From: Felis catus
Lineage: Eukaryota
DNA length: 64,000 bases
Assembly: GCF_018350175.1 (NCBI RefSeq)
Contig: NC_058373.1
Coordinates: 104,782,001-104,846,000 of the forward strand
Reading direction: 5' to 3'
A program made the translations under genes and the position numbers. Positions within the stretch are counted from its first letter, which is position 1. Each line of letters begins with the position of its first letter. The notes under the pieces were generated by a model. It was not told the origin of the DNA, made no database searches, and saw only the letters and a program-made list of their open reading frames with translations. Below, piece by piece: positions 12,491 through 24,439 of this stretch.

Positions 12491-12708
12491 GCGTCACCTG
12501 GGTGGCTCAGTCGGTTGAATGTCTGACTCTTGATTTCGGCTCAGGTAGTGATCTTATGATTCGTGGGAGGCAGCCCCGCGTGGGGCTCTGTGCTGACAGC
12601 ATGGAGCCTGCTTGGAATTCTCTCTCTCTCCCTCTCTCTGCCCCTCTGACACTTGTGCACGTGCCCTCTTTCCCTCAAAATAAATAAATAAACATTTTTT
12701 AAAAAAAG
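12491..12708 (+). mobile_element. Can-SINE, older subfamily
   Basis: 16-bp TSD GAAATATGAGAACTAG at 12476-12491 and 12709-12724. Confidence 0.96.
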
Positions 12709-13326
12709 GAAATATGAGAACTAGGGAATGGGAATTTCCCTAATAATAAGGGATTGTTTGAAATTATTTCTTTAGCTCAACTAGCGATTCATTGGCTCAG
12801 CTGAAAGTACGAGATACAAAAGAGCAGCATTGTCTGTCCCTTGTTGAAGGGTGTCTTGGTGGCTTAAAAGGGTCGTCAAAACACCCAAGATGCTGAGAGG
12901 TCTTGGAGAGACTGGAAGGTGTGGCTCATTGGGCCCCAAGTCATTGAACTGCATTCTAGTTCAGGATTGGGCAAAAGATAGCAAGTTATCAAATCCTCTG
13001 GGCCCTAGTTTTCTCATTTACAAAATGATGCCTCCTAGTCTTAGCCTTCTTAGAGTCCAGACAACAAAGACTAAGAACAGGTGTTAGTGGAGCAGTAGAT
13101 CTATCCACACAGCTGTAGGGTCTAGACCCCCTACAGTTCAGGTGGTGCCTTGTTTACTGTTATTGCTAATACTTTGCCATTTCCACTTATCGTGTTTCTT
13201 CCAGAGATGTAAACCAACTGGACACGTTTCTGTACAGTCCAAATAATTGCTCATTCATTTCCTATATTCCAAATGCTTTGCACGAGCTTAAGGAAGAAAA
13301 CCATTCCAATTTAAAATAAGGATTTT

Positions 13327-13552
13327 GGGGCGCCTGGGTGGCGCAGTCGGTTAAGCGTCCGACTTCAGCCAGGTCACGATCTCGCGGTCCGTGAGTTCGA
13401 GCCCCGCATCAGGCTCTGGGCTGATGGCTCCGAGCCTGGAGCCTGTTTCCGATTCTGTGTCTCCCTCTCTCTCTGCCCCTCCCCCGTTCATGCTCTGTCT
13501 CTCTCTGTCCCAAAAATAAAAAAATAAAAAAATAAAAAAACGTTGGAAAAAA
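13327..13552 (+). mobile_element. Can-SINE, young CpG-rich felid variant
   Basis: Variant features GGCGCAGTCGG, CAGCCAGGTCACG, GTCCCAAAAATAAA. TSD TAAAATAAGGATTTTG at 13312-13327 and 13553-13568. Confidence 0.97.
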
Positions 13553-14187
13553 TAAAATAAGGATTTTGATTTTGAAAGTAATGGCATTGAAGTCGATTCT
13601 TCATATTAAAAATAGACGCAGAAATAGGTTCAGATTAAGTCAGCAGTATGTGTACTTGAAATAAATATTGGGAACTAGGAAAGCATCTCTGCAAAGATCT
13701 ATATGTTAGGTTTCAATTTCATTCTTTACTGACTCTCTGAATTACAGACATACTGAAGACAGACCTTGGTTTAAGCGTTCTCATTTTTTTATTTTAAAAT
13801 TCCATACGAAAGAGATATTCTCCAAGGAATATTGTGTATATTCCTTTTACCTTTTATTTTAGTAATTTCACAAGCAAAAAGAAGGACCATTTTTTAAGCT
13901 TAAAAAACATGATAATGAAACTACCAGCTAGACATAGGCACAGATCAAATGCATTTTTTTCTTTCTAAAGGCTGTTACAGCCAGACAAAGGGGATAAAGC
14001 TACAAAGATTAATTCTGAACCTCATACAGAATATAGTTGTAAAATTATGTCCTCCAAGTCAATATTCTAGATAGGATGGAAGACATCCTGTGACATGATT
14101 TCTGTGTCTCAGACAATAACTCCTACCTTCTAACCTTTCTGCGAATATTGACAGCCCCATTGGTTCAAATTTTTCATTACATTAGAC

Positions 14188-14412
14188 CAAGGGTTCTCAA
14201 TGGGGACATTCTTGAATCTCTCCTTCCCCCCAGGGGACATATGACAAAGTCTGAGGTGTTTTTGGTTGTCACAATAGAGGGAGGCCATGCTACTGGAATG
14301 TACCGACTAGGTGAGGGATGCTGCTGAACATCCCATAATGTATAGGACAGTCCCCTACAACAAAGAATCATTTATCCCAACACGTCAATAATGCCATGAC
14401 CAGGAAACTCTG
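14188..14412 (+). mobile_element. MER20 (hAT-Charlie) DNA transposon fossil
   Basis: CAAGGGTTCTCAA…CCCCCCAGGGGACAT…TTTTGGTTGTCACAA…GGATGCTGCTGAACATCC…ACAACAAAGAATCAT…GAAACTCTG. Confidence 0.85.
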
Positions 14413-14469
14413 CCCTAGCCTCTTAATGTTGAACAATCTTCTGGATCTGTGATGTGGGATAACTAGGAG

Positions 14470-15110
14470 AAGTAAGTCTTGTATTGAACCTTAAAAAGAT
14501 GGGTATGATTTAGATAAATGGAGGGGCATTCTAGGAGAGAATTTCAATGGAGAAAAGGGGGTCTATAAGCAGGCACACACATAAAATGTTGAGGGGACAA
14601 TGTTCAAACCAGTCTGTCTAAAAGGAGAGCCCACACTGGGGTATAATAAAACATGAGTGAAGTTAGGTTCGGGAAAACCTTAAATGTGTTACAATAAGGA
14701 ATTGAGCTCTATCCTTATATTTGGTAGTGAAAAACTGATAACTTGAGAGCAGAAAGTGATTATATATTTTACCCACTTTTGAAATGTGGACACCCTGAAC
14801 TAGTCCCAGGGGTTTCACTGGGTGTAGTTCAGATTAGAGATGAAAAATCAGGAGACAGAGAGATCACATACTAGATTCTCATAAATAACCAAATACATGA
14901 ACCCAAATCAGAGTAGGGGATGATCAGAATTGAAAGAACAGAACAAGAGAAGAGAAGACATCCAAAAAAAGTAACGGTTTGGCTAGTCTTCAGGCAGTGT
15001 GGTAATGGTACATGCAGGGATTCAGAGGTGAGAAGCTGGGACTCTGAGAACCAGGAATACACTGAAACTGAAGTTCTGGGCAGGATGTGGATCAACAGCC
15101 AGACATGTGA
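14470..15110 (-). mobile_element. Degenerate L2 fragments
   Basis: GAACCTTAAAAAGATGGGTATGATTTAGATAAATGGAG…GCATTCTAGG and later purine-rich L2-like text. Confidence 0.45.
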
Positions 15111-15629
15111 TAAAGGGAAAAGAAGAACACTGGAAGAAAATCCATAGTAATGCGTTATCACATCAGGTACTAGCTAAGCATAAAGGAATAAATTATTATC
15201 TCCCCAACATCGCCTGCACATTCTTACTGCTGAACCATTTTACAGGTTTTCGTCTGTAACACTCTGTCCGCTTTGCAACTAAAACCCACCTTTGAAGACC
15301 AGCTGAAGACCCATCTTCCTTATTATACTCTCCATGCCATTGCAGAGCAAGAATATAGAGGATTGTCCAGCATTCACTTTAGAATGGTACAAAAAGACAT
15401 CAATTTTTACAGATTAGGGATATAGCCTAGACATACAGGAAGGCATGGGTCAGAAATCCAGGCAAACAGTTCAGTTCCAAGAAAACCTAGACACCAAAGA
15501 CAAATAGCCAGGAAATCCTCAAGCAGACAGAGGAAAACGCACAGGGGTAAGATATGAGATAGTGTTTAGTCACAAAGAAGGAAAGTCCTTGAGGAAGAGT
15601 ACGGACACAAGTTCAACACGACAGCTTGG

Positions 15630-15890
15630 TCTGGTAAAGAACAGGAGCTTCGGAGTCAGACCATCCAGGCTCAAATCCAGCTCTCTGGCCCATTGGCTAT
15701 GAGATCATCAGCTCTTCCTTTAACTTTCCTGAGCCTGTTTGCTCAGTTATAAATGGAGACAGTTATGTGCACTTCACAGGCCTCTTGTGATTAAATGAGA
15801 TAGTCAATGAGATGAGATGAGATGTTGAGATTAAATGAGATTAAATGATATGTATGCAGCAGGCAAGATGTTTTGAATGTAGTAAGATGT
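15630..15890 (+). mobile_element. MIR with internal (GAGAT/GATTAAATGA) expansion
   Basis: GGAGCTTCGGAGTCAGAC…TCAAATCCAGCTCT…TTCCTGAGCCTGTTTGCTCAG…GATTAAATGAGA. Confidence 0.75.
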
Positions 15891-15964
15891 TTTTCTCTTT
15901 TCTCTTTGGTTACCTGACCTTTGTCTTAGTCCACTGCTTCTTTTCAGTTCAACTTGCCGCTTGA

Positions 15965-16098
15965 TTGTGTTAAAATGCAAGTTCTGCTTCAGTAGAACTG
16001 GGAGGAGTCCAGCCTAGGCTAGACTCAACACTCCTAAAAAGTTTGGCTGGAGATGCTGCTGCTGCTGCTGCTGTGTAGACCACGCTTTTAGTGGCAAG
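15965..16098. mobile_element. MER5-type (hAT-Charlie) fragment with (GCT)n expansion
   Basis: GTTAAAATGCAAGTTCTG…GATGCTGCTG…GACCACGCTTTTAGTGGCAAG. Confidence 0.55.
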
Positions 16099-16129
16099 AC
16101 CTTAGGGTGCCCAAGGCATGTGACTGATT

Positions 16130-17154
16130 GGGATTTGTTACAGAGGAGGATTTGTGACAGAAGGCAAAAGAAAGACTGAGATAACATTCAACCTCTGATG
16201 TTCAAAAGTAGGATTCTGCAGTATGACAGTAGACCTGTGAGCAGGTTCAGGGCTAGACCTTAGCATTTTATATAAACGATGTGCACATTAGAACAAGACA
16301 GGGAGGCAGTCAACTCCATCCAGCCCCAGGGGACTGTGGGAAGAGGAAGCTAGTGGGAAGTAGCAGAGCAAAGCGTGGAGATGCACACTTCACCGCTCCT
16401 CTCCCCCGAGAGTGGGGAAGGACATCAGATAAATGATGGTAATAGTAAGGAAAAGACTTAGCTTTCCCCAGCCGTCCTGTGTTTCCATGTTGGTTTGGCA
16501 GGTTTCCACTATAGCTGAGCATCTGACTTGGAAGCTATTCAGACAACTATTCACCACCATGACATTGGTGGAAGACTCCAAAGCAGACCCCCTGAGCTGG
16601 GGCCGAATGAGGATTACAGCTAGATATCAAAGCTCCTCCATCAGCTGTAGTGGAGGGGAAGCTAAGTCATCCAAGGAGCAGGACCACAGTCTGCCCAGAG
16701 CAAGGAAGAACAGACACCAACTTTAGCCATCTTTTTCAGCAGAGTAAGCAGTACCCAGGGCAAGAGACATTGGTCTAGACACCAGAAGAGAAAAGGACAT
16801 CATCCCTAAGAGCCCCCCTGGTTCTTCCATGTTGCCCTAGGGTGGTGGAAAGCTGCCCCTCCCTGCATATCCCTAAACCACATTTTAGGGGGAAAAAGCA
16901 GTGAGGGAGGGAAGCTTTATGAGAAGTTGAGTATTTTTATCCAATACAGACTCAATGCTACCTAAGGGAGCAATTGAATTCATAGGATTAGACTAAGCTT
17001 GGGATTGGATTGGACAGTTAAATAATTTTCCCCAATGGATTGGAGCTTGAGAAGAAGAGAAAAAATAATTTTATCTTTTCTTAGAGTCAAAATAAGGATA
17101 TTTTTCTTTACACATCCAAGTTATACAGTGAGTTAAATTTGCAACCACACTACA
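16130..17154 (+). mobile_element. Possible ancient LTR (MamGyp-like)
   Basis: 3' end AAATAAGGATATTTTTCTTTACACATCCAAGTT…TAAATTTGCAACCACACTACA resembles ancient Gypsy-type mammalian LTR ends. The 5' boundary is uncertain. Confidence 0.3.
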
Positions 17155-17209
17155 AATAATATAAAGTGCTTGGCAACATGCAGGCTATACGGAAAGTGAT
17201 CGATAAACA

Positions 17210-17340
17210 GTCACTAGGTTAAACAGGTTAAGTAAGGAGTAACAAAAGGCTACTGGATCTGGCAAATAAGAAGACATCATTCCCTTTTGGGAGAGCAGTT
17301 GCAGCAGAGTGATGGAGATGGAAACCAGCCATGGAAGACA
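17210..17340 (-). mobile_element. L2 fragment
   Basis: GGATCTGGCAAATAAGAAG…TTGGGAGAGCAGTTGCAGCAGAGTGATGGAGATGGAAACCAG. Confidence 0.5.
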
Positions 17341-17509
17341 GGTATCCCAATTGTGACAGCCATTATCCACAGCGTTCAGTGCGGCTCTCCTGTAAAGGAG
17401 AGGCGGGGAGGAGTGAGAATACAGTACAGAGTAAGTCCGCCCCTCCCAGGTCAAGGCTCAGTAGTATCATCCATTGAGCGGAAGTATCCCTTGAGAAAAA
17501 TTAAATTCA

Positions 17510-17696
17510 GGGCACCTGGGTGAGCAACTGACTCCTGATTTCGCCTCAGGTCTGATCTCTATTTGGGAGATGGAGCCCCACATCAACCTCTGTGCTGACA
17601 GTTCAGACCCTACTTGGGACTCTCTCTCTGCCCCACCTCCACTCACGTGTGGGCTCTCTCTCTCTCAAAGTAAATAAATAAACCTAAAGAAAAAAG
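17510..17696 (+). mobile_element. Can-SINE, older, with deletion in the A-box region
   Basis: GGGCACCTGGGTG joins directly to AGCAACTGACTCCTGATTTCG, followed by (CT)n and an AAATAAATAAA tail. Confidence 0.9.
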
Positions 17697-17743
17697 AAAG
17701 TTTAAATTCTGTTTCTGGAAATTGGCTCCAAAACAACTCTCTT

Positions 17744-17971
17744 TTTTTTTTTTTTAATTTTTTTTTTTCAACGTTTATTTATTTTTGGGACAGAGAGAGA
17801 CAGAGCATGAACGGGGGAGGGGCAGAGAGAGAGGGAGACACAGAATCGGAAACAGGCTCCAGGCTCTGAGCCATCAGCCCAGAGCCTGACACGGGGCTCG
17901 AACTCACGGACTGCGAGATCGTGACCTGGCTGAAGTCGGACGCTTAACCAACTGCGCCACCCAGGCGCCCC
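17744..17971 (-). mobile_element. Can-SINE, young felid variant
   Basis: 15-bp TSD CAAAACAACTCTCTT at 17729-17743 and 17972-17986. Carries the GACCTGGCTGAAG and TTTTTGGGACAG variant features. Confidence 0.97.
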
Positions 17972-18704
17972 CAAAACAACTCTCTTAATGACACTGGGTT
18001 TTTTGCTAAGTGTGAGATGGCAGTCAAATATGAAAAAAACATTATACCTTCCAAAGCTGTAGCCAAGAATCCTTCATTTGAAAACAATCCTGAAAAAATT
18101 AGTTCACTCTACACACCCCAAAATTGTGATTTTAATTAAATACAAGGTTTTCACCACTTCATAGTCTGGAGAGAACACTTGATTTTCTGAAAGCACTTCA
18201 CTTCTCTTATCTCCAGTGAAGGTTGCTGTTCACTCATGCTTCATGGTGTAGTTTTCCTAAAGACCAGTACATAGCTCTTCTTCTCCTTGAGCAGGGAGAT
18301 CATATCTTCCTCAGTGGAGTAGCTGCTCTTAGAGAAATTCTGAAATAGGGAGGCTGGTTCTGACGATCTCCACTTTTCTCTCTGGGATCACACAACTGAA
18401 TTTTGCCCTCCTTCCAACCTCACCAATACACAGAACCCTCGATCCACCCCCTGGTTGCCTAGGTGTTTCCTCTTCCAAACGCTCTTACACAACTGATCCC
18501 CTTCCCCAAACTCAGGCTGTTCCCCAGGCCTGCCCTCCCCTCCCTCCTGCTCCTCCTCCTGAACCTCCTATCAACATTTGCTAGTTCTCTGTGCCATGAT
18601 CTCAGGGCCCACTCCCTCCAAGGGACAAAAGTGATAATGCCTTTCACTGACCAGGCATCATTGCTCATAGGTATCTTAGCTACCTTGTGAAAATACTTAA
18701 GGTC

Positions 18705-19491
18705 ACATGAAAAGATGGCCAACATCATTAGCCATTAAGGACATCAAATCCACAATGAGATACGACCTTACATCTACTAAGAGAGCAATAATCAAAAATG
18801 TGGAAAACAACAAGAATAACAAGTGGTGTTGAGGATGTGGAGAACTGGAACCCTCATACATTCCTTCTGGGAATATAAAATGGTGCAGCTGCTGTGGGAG
18901 ATCACCTGGCACCTCCTCAACAAGTTGAACATACAGTTAAAATGTGACCCAGCAATTCCGCTCCTAGGTATACGCCCAAAAGAACTGAAAACGACTGCTC
19001 ATACAAATAATTGTACAAGAAGGTTTATATTCACAATAGCCAAAAGGGAGAAACACCTGAGTGTTCATTGAGAGATGAATGAAAAAACAAATTGTTATAT
19101 ATACACACAATGGAATATTACTCAGCCTTAAAAAGGAATGAAGTACTGATGCAGGCTATAGTAACATGGATGAATCTTGAAAACATGAGGCTAAGCCAAT
19201 AAAGCCAGACACAAAAGATCACATAGTGTATGATTGCATTTATATGAATATTTGGAACAGGTAAATCCATAGAGACAGAAAGCAGCTCAGAGGTTGCCTA
19301 GGGCTGGGGCGAGGAGGAGCTGGTGAATGACTGGTGATGCACATGCAATTTTGTTTTGGAAGCACAAAAATGTTTTGGAATTTTACAGAGGTAGTGGTTG
19401 CACAATATTGTGTATGTATTAAATAACACTGGATTTTTCACTTTAAAATGGTTTGATGTTAGGTGGATTTCATCTTAATTAAAAAAAAAAA
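18705..19491 (+). mobile_element. L1MB-like 3' end with A tail
   Basis: ORF2 C-terminal remnant (DPAIPLLGI; ORF 18823..19071), TGGAATATTACTCAGCCTTAAAAAGGAATGAAG, ending CATCTTAATT(A)11. Confidence 0.88.
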
Positions 19492-20374
19492 TGCTTGTAT
19501 GCTTAAGACTATTAAAAAGCAACCCAGAGGGAGAATACATGGCCTCTAAACTTCTTGAGAACAGAAGTAGTATCTCGTGAAAATTATACCCCTATAAAGG
19601 CTAGCCAAGTGCCTGGTATATAGACATTGAACGACTTGTAGGCTAACTGAATGGGCGAATGCATTTCCAGCACTGTATGAAGTGTTTTGTGGCAAGCAGC
19701 TATCAGCCCTGCCCCCATGCCCAAAGACAGCTGCCAGTCCTGTATCTCACCTGACGATGATTCCATCTAGGAGTTGCAAAACATCTGTGGGCTGGAAAAT
19801 CCTTTCCTGTGTCCCAATACTTTGGGACTTAGTAAGGAATCTGTGCCCTTCTTTTTCTCAACTTAAAATTGCACATTTTGCTATCCTGGTTAGAGAGATG
19901 CCACTGACTGAAATATCCTGCCTCAAGAGTGGGTGATGTCAGCATCTCATTATCAAAACTTTTCTCCCTGCAGAGCTTTCATGTTCTTACAAAGAATGTT
20001 CCAGTTTAATGGTAAGCCCCTTAAGATGCAGGGTTGTAACTAATTGCAGGGGAGGAAAAGCTGTTGTAATACAGGTGGCTAACCCATTCAAACCGTGAGA
20101 ATTGAATTTCCTGAAATTAGTTGAATCTTATGTCCAGGCCCTGATTCTGGACTGAATTTTATCTGTAACTCATTCAGGATCCCAAGCCCTAAAGTCTCAT
20201 GCATGACACTGTTACTTTCTTTGTTGCCCAATCTAACCATAGGTGAGATCAGTTTAAAACACCTTTTGGGTTTTATGTCCTTTTTAGTACTTGTGAGTAT
20301 CTTCCTCAAGCCAAATATGGGATGAAAGGTTCCAGAGGAGATTTTTCCATTTGTTTCATGATATGGCATTTTCA

Positions 20375-20609
20375 TTTTTTTAAATTTATTTTTATTTTTT
20401 AATTTTTTTTAACGTTTATTTATTTTTGAGACAGAGAGACAGCATGAACAGGGGAGGGGCAGAGAGAGTGGGAGACACAGAATCGGAAGCAGGCTCCAGG
20501 CTCTGAGCCATCAGCCCAGAGCCCGACGCGGGGCTTGAACTCATGGACCGCGAGATCGTGACCTGAGCTGAAGTCGGACGCTTAACCGACTGAGCCACCC
20601 AGGCGCCCC
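20375..20609 (-). mobile_element. Can-SINE
   Basis: 16-bp TSD TGATATGGCATTTTCA / TGATACGGCATTTTCA (one CpG transition) at 20359 and 20610. Confidence 0.97.
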
Positions 20610-20849
20610 TGATACGGCATTTTCAGAATTTCAATACAAGTTTATCAACACCAACTCACACAACCCAGTTTCCCAAAGCCAGATATGCTATTGGAAGAAG
20701 ACCTTTAATGAGAAATAAATTTAAGAATTAACGTAACTGTGCTCTTGGAAGCCACTGCTTACACTTGTCCTTGATAACGTGGCATCCAGATCAACCAAGG
20801 TTATAGCTCTTAAAATAAAAACGCAGATGTGATTTTTTTCAGTTTACCA

Positions 20850-21040
20850 AGAACTTTCGCATACCTTATCTAATTTGACCTTTCCAAATACCAATGAGAT
20901 TAGCAGGACAGTTATTGTTACCTCTATTTTAAAAATTTAAAAACTATTTAAGTTGTAAGAATTGGCATAAGATCACATACTTAGTAAAAGCATAGACCAG
21001 GCTCGAATCCAGTTTATTAAAAGCCAGAACTCTGGCCTCT
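20850..21040 (-). mobile_element. MIR fragment
   Basis: TTATTGTTACCTCTATTTT…AAGATCACATACTTAGTAAAAGCATAGACCAGGCTCGAATCCAG. Confidence 0.55.
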
Positions 21041-21846
21041 CGCTTCTGTGCCAGTGTGTCTAATCCCCGTCCCCCCCAAAACATCGGTAAGCCACCAAAA
21101 TAATTGGAGAACCTTGCTGAAGCAATCTGGCCTATATTGCTTCTTTTCGCCTTGCAGGAAGAATTACTATGCCCTCAGTTCCGGCTGCAGCCCCCCACAG
21201 GTTTTGCGTACAATTGGCGATATTAAAGACACCATAGGAAGGAACTAAGTCCCTTTTTCAAATTATCCACCTTTCTTCTATGCAGCTGCTGTTTACTGAA
21301 GGCTTTGGCAAAGAGCAGGGGGATTCTTATCCTATTCCTGATGTGATTTTTAATTTCCTGCTATTCCCCAATCTCTTTTCATTAAGTACATTTCTCCCAT
21401 ACACAAATTTGCACCCTTTCCAAAAGTGGAGAGGCTTGATGTCGCATGCTTTGATATCTGTGATTTTTCTAGCTCCTGGACTTCTTTATTCCTCACCTGT
21501 AGTTAACAGTCTCACCACATGGCACCTCAGCCTAGCACAATGTAGTGCAAGGTCCAGCAGCAAGGACAGAGGTACAGAGGTACAGACTGGGGCAGCGTGG
21601 CAGGGGCAGGAACAAGAATGGGCACAGAAAGGACGGGGAGAAAGCATGGGGAGAAAGCAGAAGGGCAGGAGAAGAAGGGCTGCCATTTATTGACCACTTC
21701 CTGTGTGCTATGCCCTACCTGTGTGCACTTTATAAACGATATTTTGGTATTGGTATATTTATATGGCATACGTACTGCTGATTGTACAGATCATTTGTAA
21801 AGTACACACACACAATTTTTCCCTATGTTAGGAATTATGAATTTTT

Positions 21847-22061
21847 TCAGTATTTTTTTTTAATGTTTATTTATTTTTGAGAGAAAAAGATAGTGTGAGC
21901 GGCGGAGGGGCAGGAGAAAGGTGGGGGAGGGGAGCAGAGGATCTGAAGCCGGCTCTGTGCTGACAGCAGAGAGCCCAATTCAGGGCTCGAACTCATGAAC
22001 CGTGAGATCGTGACCTGAGCTGAAGTCAGGCGCTTAACTGACTGAGCCATCTAGGCACCCC
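21847..22061 (-). mobile_element. Can-SINE
   Basis: 17-bp TSD AGGAATTATGAATTTTT at 21830 and 22062. Confidence 0.96.
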
Positions 22062-22259
22062 AGGAATTATGAATTTTTAGTTTTCTTCTCTGTGTGGCTT
22101 TCCATTTATAGTAGTGATAGCGTCTTTTAATATTTATTTTTCTTTCAGTCCACTTATGGAAAACCCGAAATAATGTCAAAACTCATAAAGGCGGTACATG
22201 AATGCCTAAAATTTAGGAAATCCAGCGTTTACCTCTTTTGATCTCAAAAAACCCAGTGG

Positions 22260-23060
22260 GAGGAAGGTGGAATTAGACGTAGGTTACAGAAGAAGAAACT
22301 GACGTTCCAAGAGGTTAGGTAACACTTCCATGACATACAAGTACTGATACAGAAGGAATTTAATCTCCGGTCTGTCTGGCTCTGTTCAGGAGACCCTGCT
22401 GCCCAAGACCTGCCCCAGCCGGACACACAGAGGCGACTGCCCCCTGCGGTAGAAAGCCATGGGCAGCGTTGCACGAAGTTGCAACACATCGGCTTCAGAG
22501 TCAGGCCCTACTACCCACCAGTCTCACGGCCACAGACAAGTCATTTCTCTTCCTTACGCCTCACTTTCCTACCCTGAAAATGGGGATGGTAACAAAACCT
22601 CTCTTGTACGTCCGCGATCAGGATTTGTTAAGAGCGTAGTAAAATGCCTGCTACATACAAAGTGCTCCATAAACTTTAGTCACAATTGCCTTTGTTACTA
22701 ACGTTAATAATACTCTTCCCGGCTTTTATACTGAGGCTGTGGACATTCCTGGTCAGGCCAGGCTTAGGAAATGAACCTGTCTGAGACTCCACCATGAGGG
22801 AGGGCCTCAGGGTCTCTGGCTGGGAGCAGCTGGGAAAGGCAGGATCTGACCAGGAGTTCGTCAGGCACTACTACCCAGAGGCAAGCCGGTGTGGCCAGGG
22901 CTCCAGAGCCAGTCTGCCTAAGACAAGTTACTTCTCTGTGCCTCAGTTTCCCCATCTGGGAAATGGAAGTGTTAACAATAGTTACCTCATAAGATTACAT
23001 CTCTTAACTCGAAGTTAATACATGGCACATGATAAGAGTTATGTAAGCGTTAGCTATTTT
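22260..23060. mobile_element. Cluster of three MIR fragments (about 22260-22390 -, 22455-22700 +, 22920-23060 +)
   Basis: MIR cores ACAGAAGAAGAAACTGACGTTCCAAGAGGTTAGGTAAC, CCTCACTTTCCTACCCTGAAAATGGGGAT, and CTCTGTGCCTCAGTTTCCCCATCTGGGAAATGG. Confidence 0.7.
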
Positions 23061-24439
23061 TACTGGATCCTCTTTCCTCTCTGAGGACGCTGGCAGTTGT
23101 GGTGGTGACGACTGCTCAGAAGACCCCGGTGCTGAACCAAGATTTCAGTGCCCAAGGACCCCCTGGGTATCCGTTGTGGGCATACCTGACCCCAGGCAGC
23201 CATAGACACACTACCCTGGGAAGACAGTAGCCTTGGGGCTCACGCAGAAGCCACACGACAAAGGTCTCTGCATCCGGCACCACGTATAGTGGGACATCTC
23301 TAATATCTCCTTTGGTTCCCTTCCCTTTTCAGGAGACCCATGATTTTTTTTTAAAATGATCCCAAATATTTCTTAATATCTTGAAGTCTCTCTCTGTCTC
23401 TCCCTCTCTTTTGTTATTCAGCTGATCTCTATCCAGGGATACTTAAGAATGCTCAGTTAGGAGGAACAATGAACACAAACAAAATCAACAGACCTTGGGT
23501 GGTCCTGCCAGCAACCCTAAACAGGAAGTGAAAAGGGGATCAAAGACACTTTTGATCAAAGACAAAGGGGATCAAAGGGGGCAGGACAAGTAACTTTATT
23601 TAGGGTGGCCTTGATCCCTGGAGGGAACTGGGAGATTTGTCTTTTCTGAATGTCATGAGCAGTTCTCCTAGTTGGCCGGCGGAGAATGGACAGCAGAAGA
23701 AATCAAGGAGCCATTGGGGGTGGGGACAGAGGGCGGTGGGAGAAGTAAGCTGACCCCGAAGGAGGTGGCCGAGGGCCCCCCCCCCCACAGCTCCTGATGT
23801 GAGTTCTGTCTCTCCTGGGCACTCCCAGTCTCCCACTTCGAAGGAGTGCATAAATGATCTCAGGTTTCTGAGGAAAACACTGCTGGCCTTTCTGCAGCAC
23901 CCCGGGCAAGTGTGAAGAGTGAGCCCCCCTGGCAGCTGCCAGGGGCAGGGGTGCGACAGTGTCGGCAGCGGGCCCTGATGCAGCTTCTGGCAGCATGATG
24001 ATGCACTGGGCAGGTGAGTCAGCTGTCTCCGCCTCCCATTCAGAGACAGAGCCGTGATTTTTCAAACTGCTGTCATTGTCCTGGGCCCTGGGACCCAAAG
24101 CTAGTGAGCTGTGGGCACTGGTCCGGCTTCCTTGTACCCCACAAAAACCTGCATCGATACCAAATACCATCTCTTGGAAAACAAATTGCATTTAATAATT
24201 CATTGGCATAGTGGTGGGGTGTAGAGTCCCAGTAGAACACCGAGGACATCCAGAGGAGAAAGAGAAAATTCCTGGCAGCCTGCAATGCAGAGAACAGAGA
24301 GGAGCTACGGAGTAAACAGGTCCCAAGGAGAGGGAATGGAGCTCTGAAATTAACTGGCTCTTCTGTGAAACCACAGGGTAACCTAACACCCCTTGGGTCT
24401 TTTCCTGTCTCGATTGATTCTTGCCGCCATCCTAGTTTA

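Noticed and set aside
23300..23360. Strong-looking splice acceptor (CTAAT…TTCCCTTTTCAG); similar one at 42301-42321
   Set aside because: No matching donor or sustained open frame follows either site.
23703..24191. 162-aa minus-strand ORF
   Set aside because: No recognisable domain or splice context; the length is plausible by chance in GC-rich DNA.
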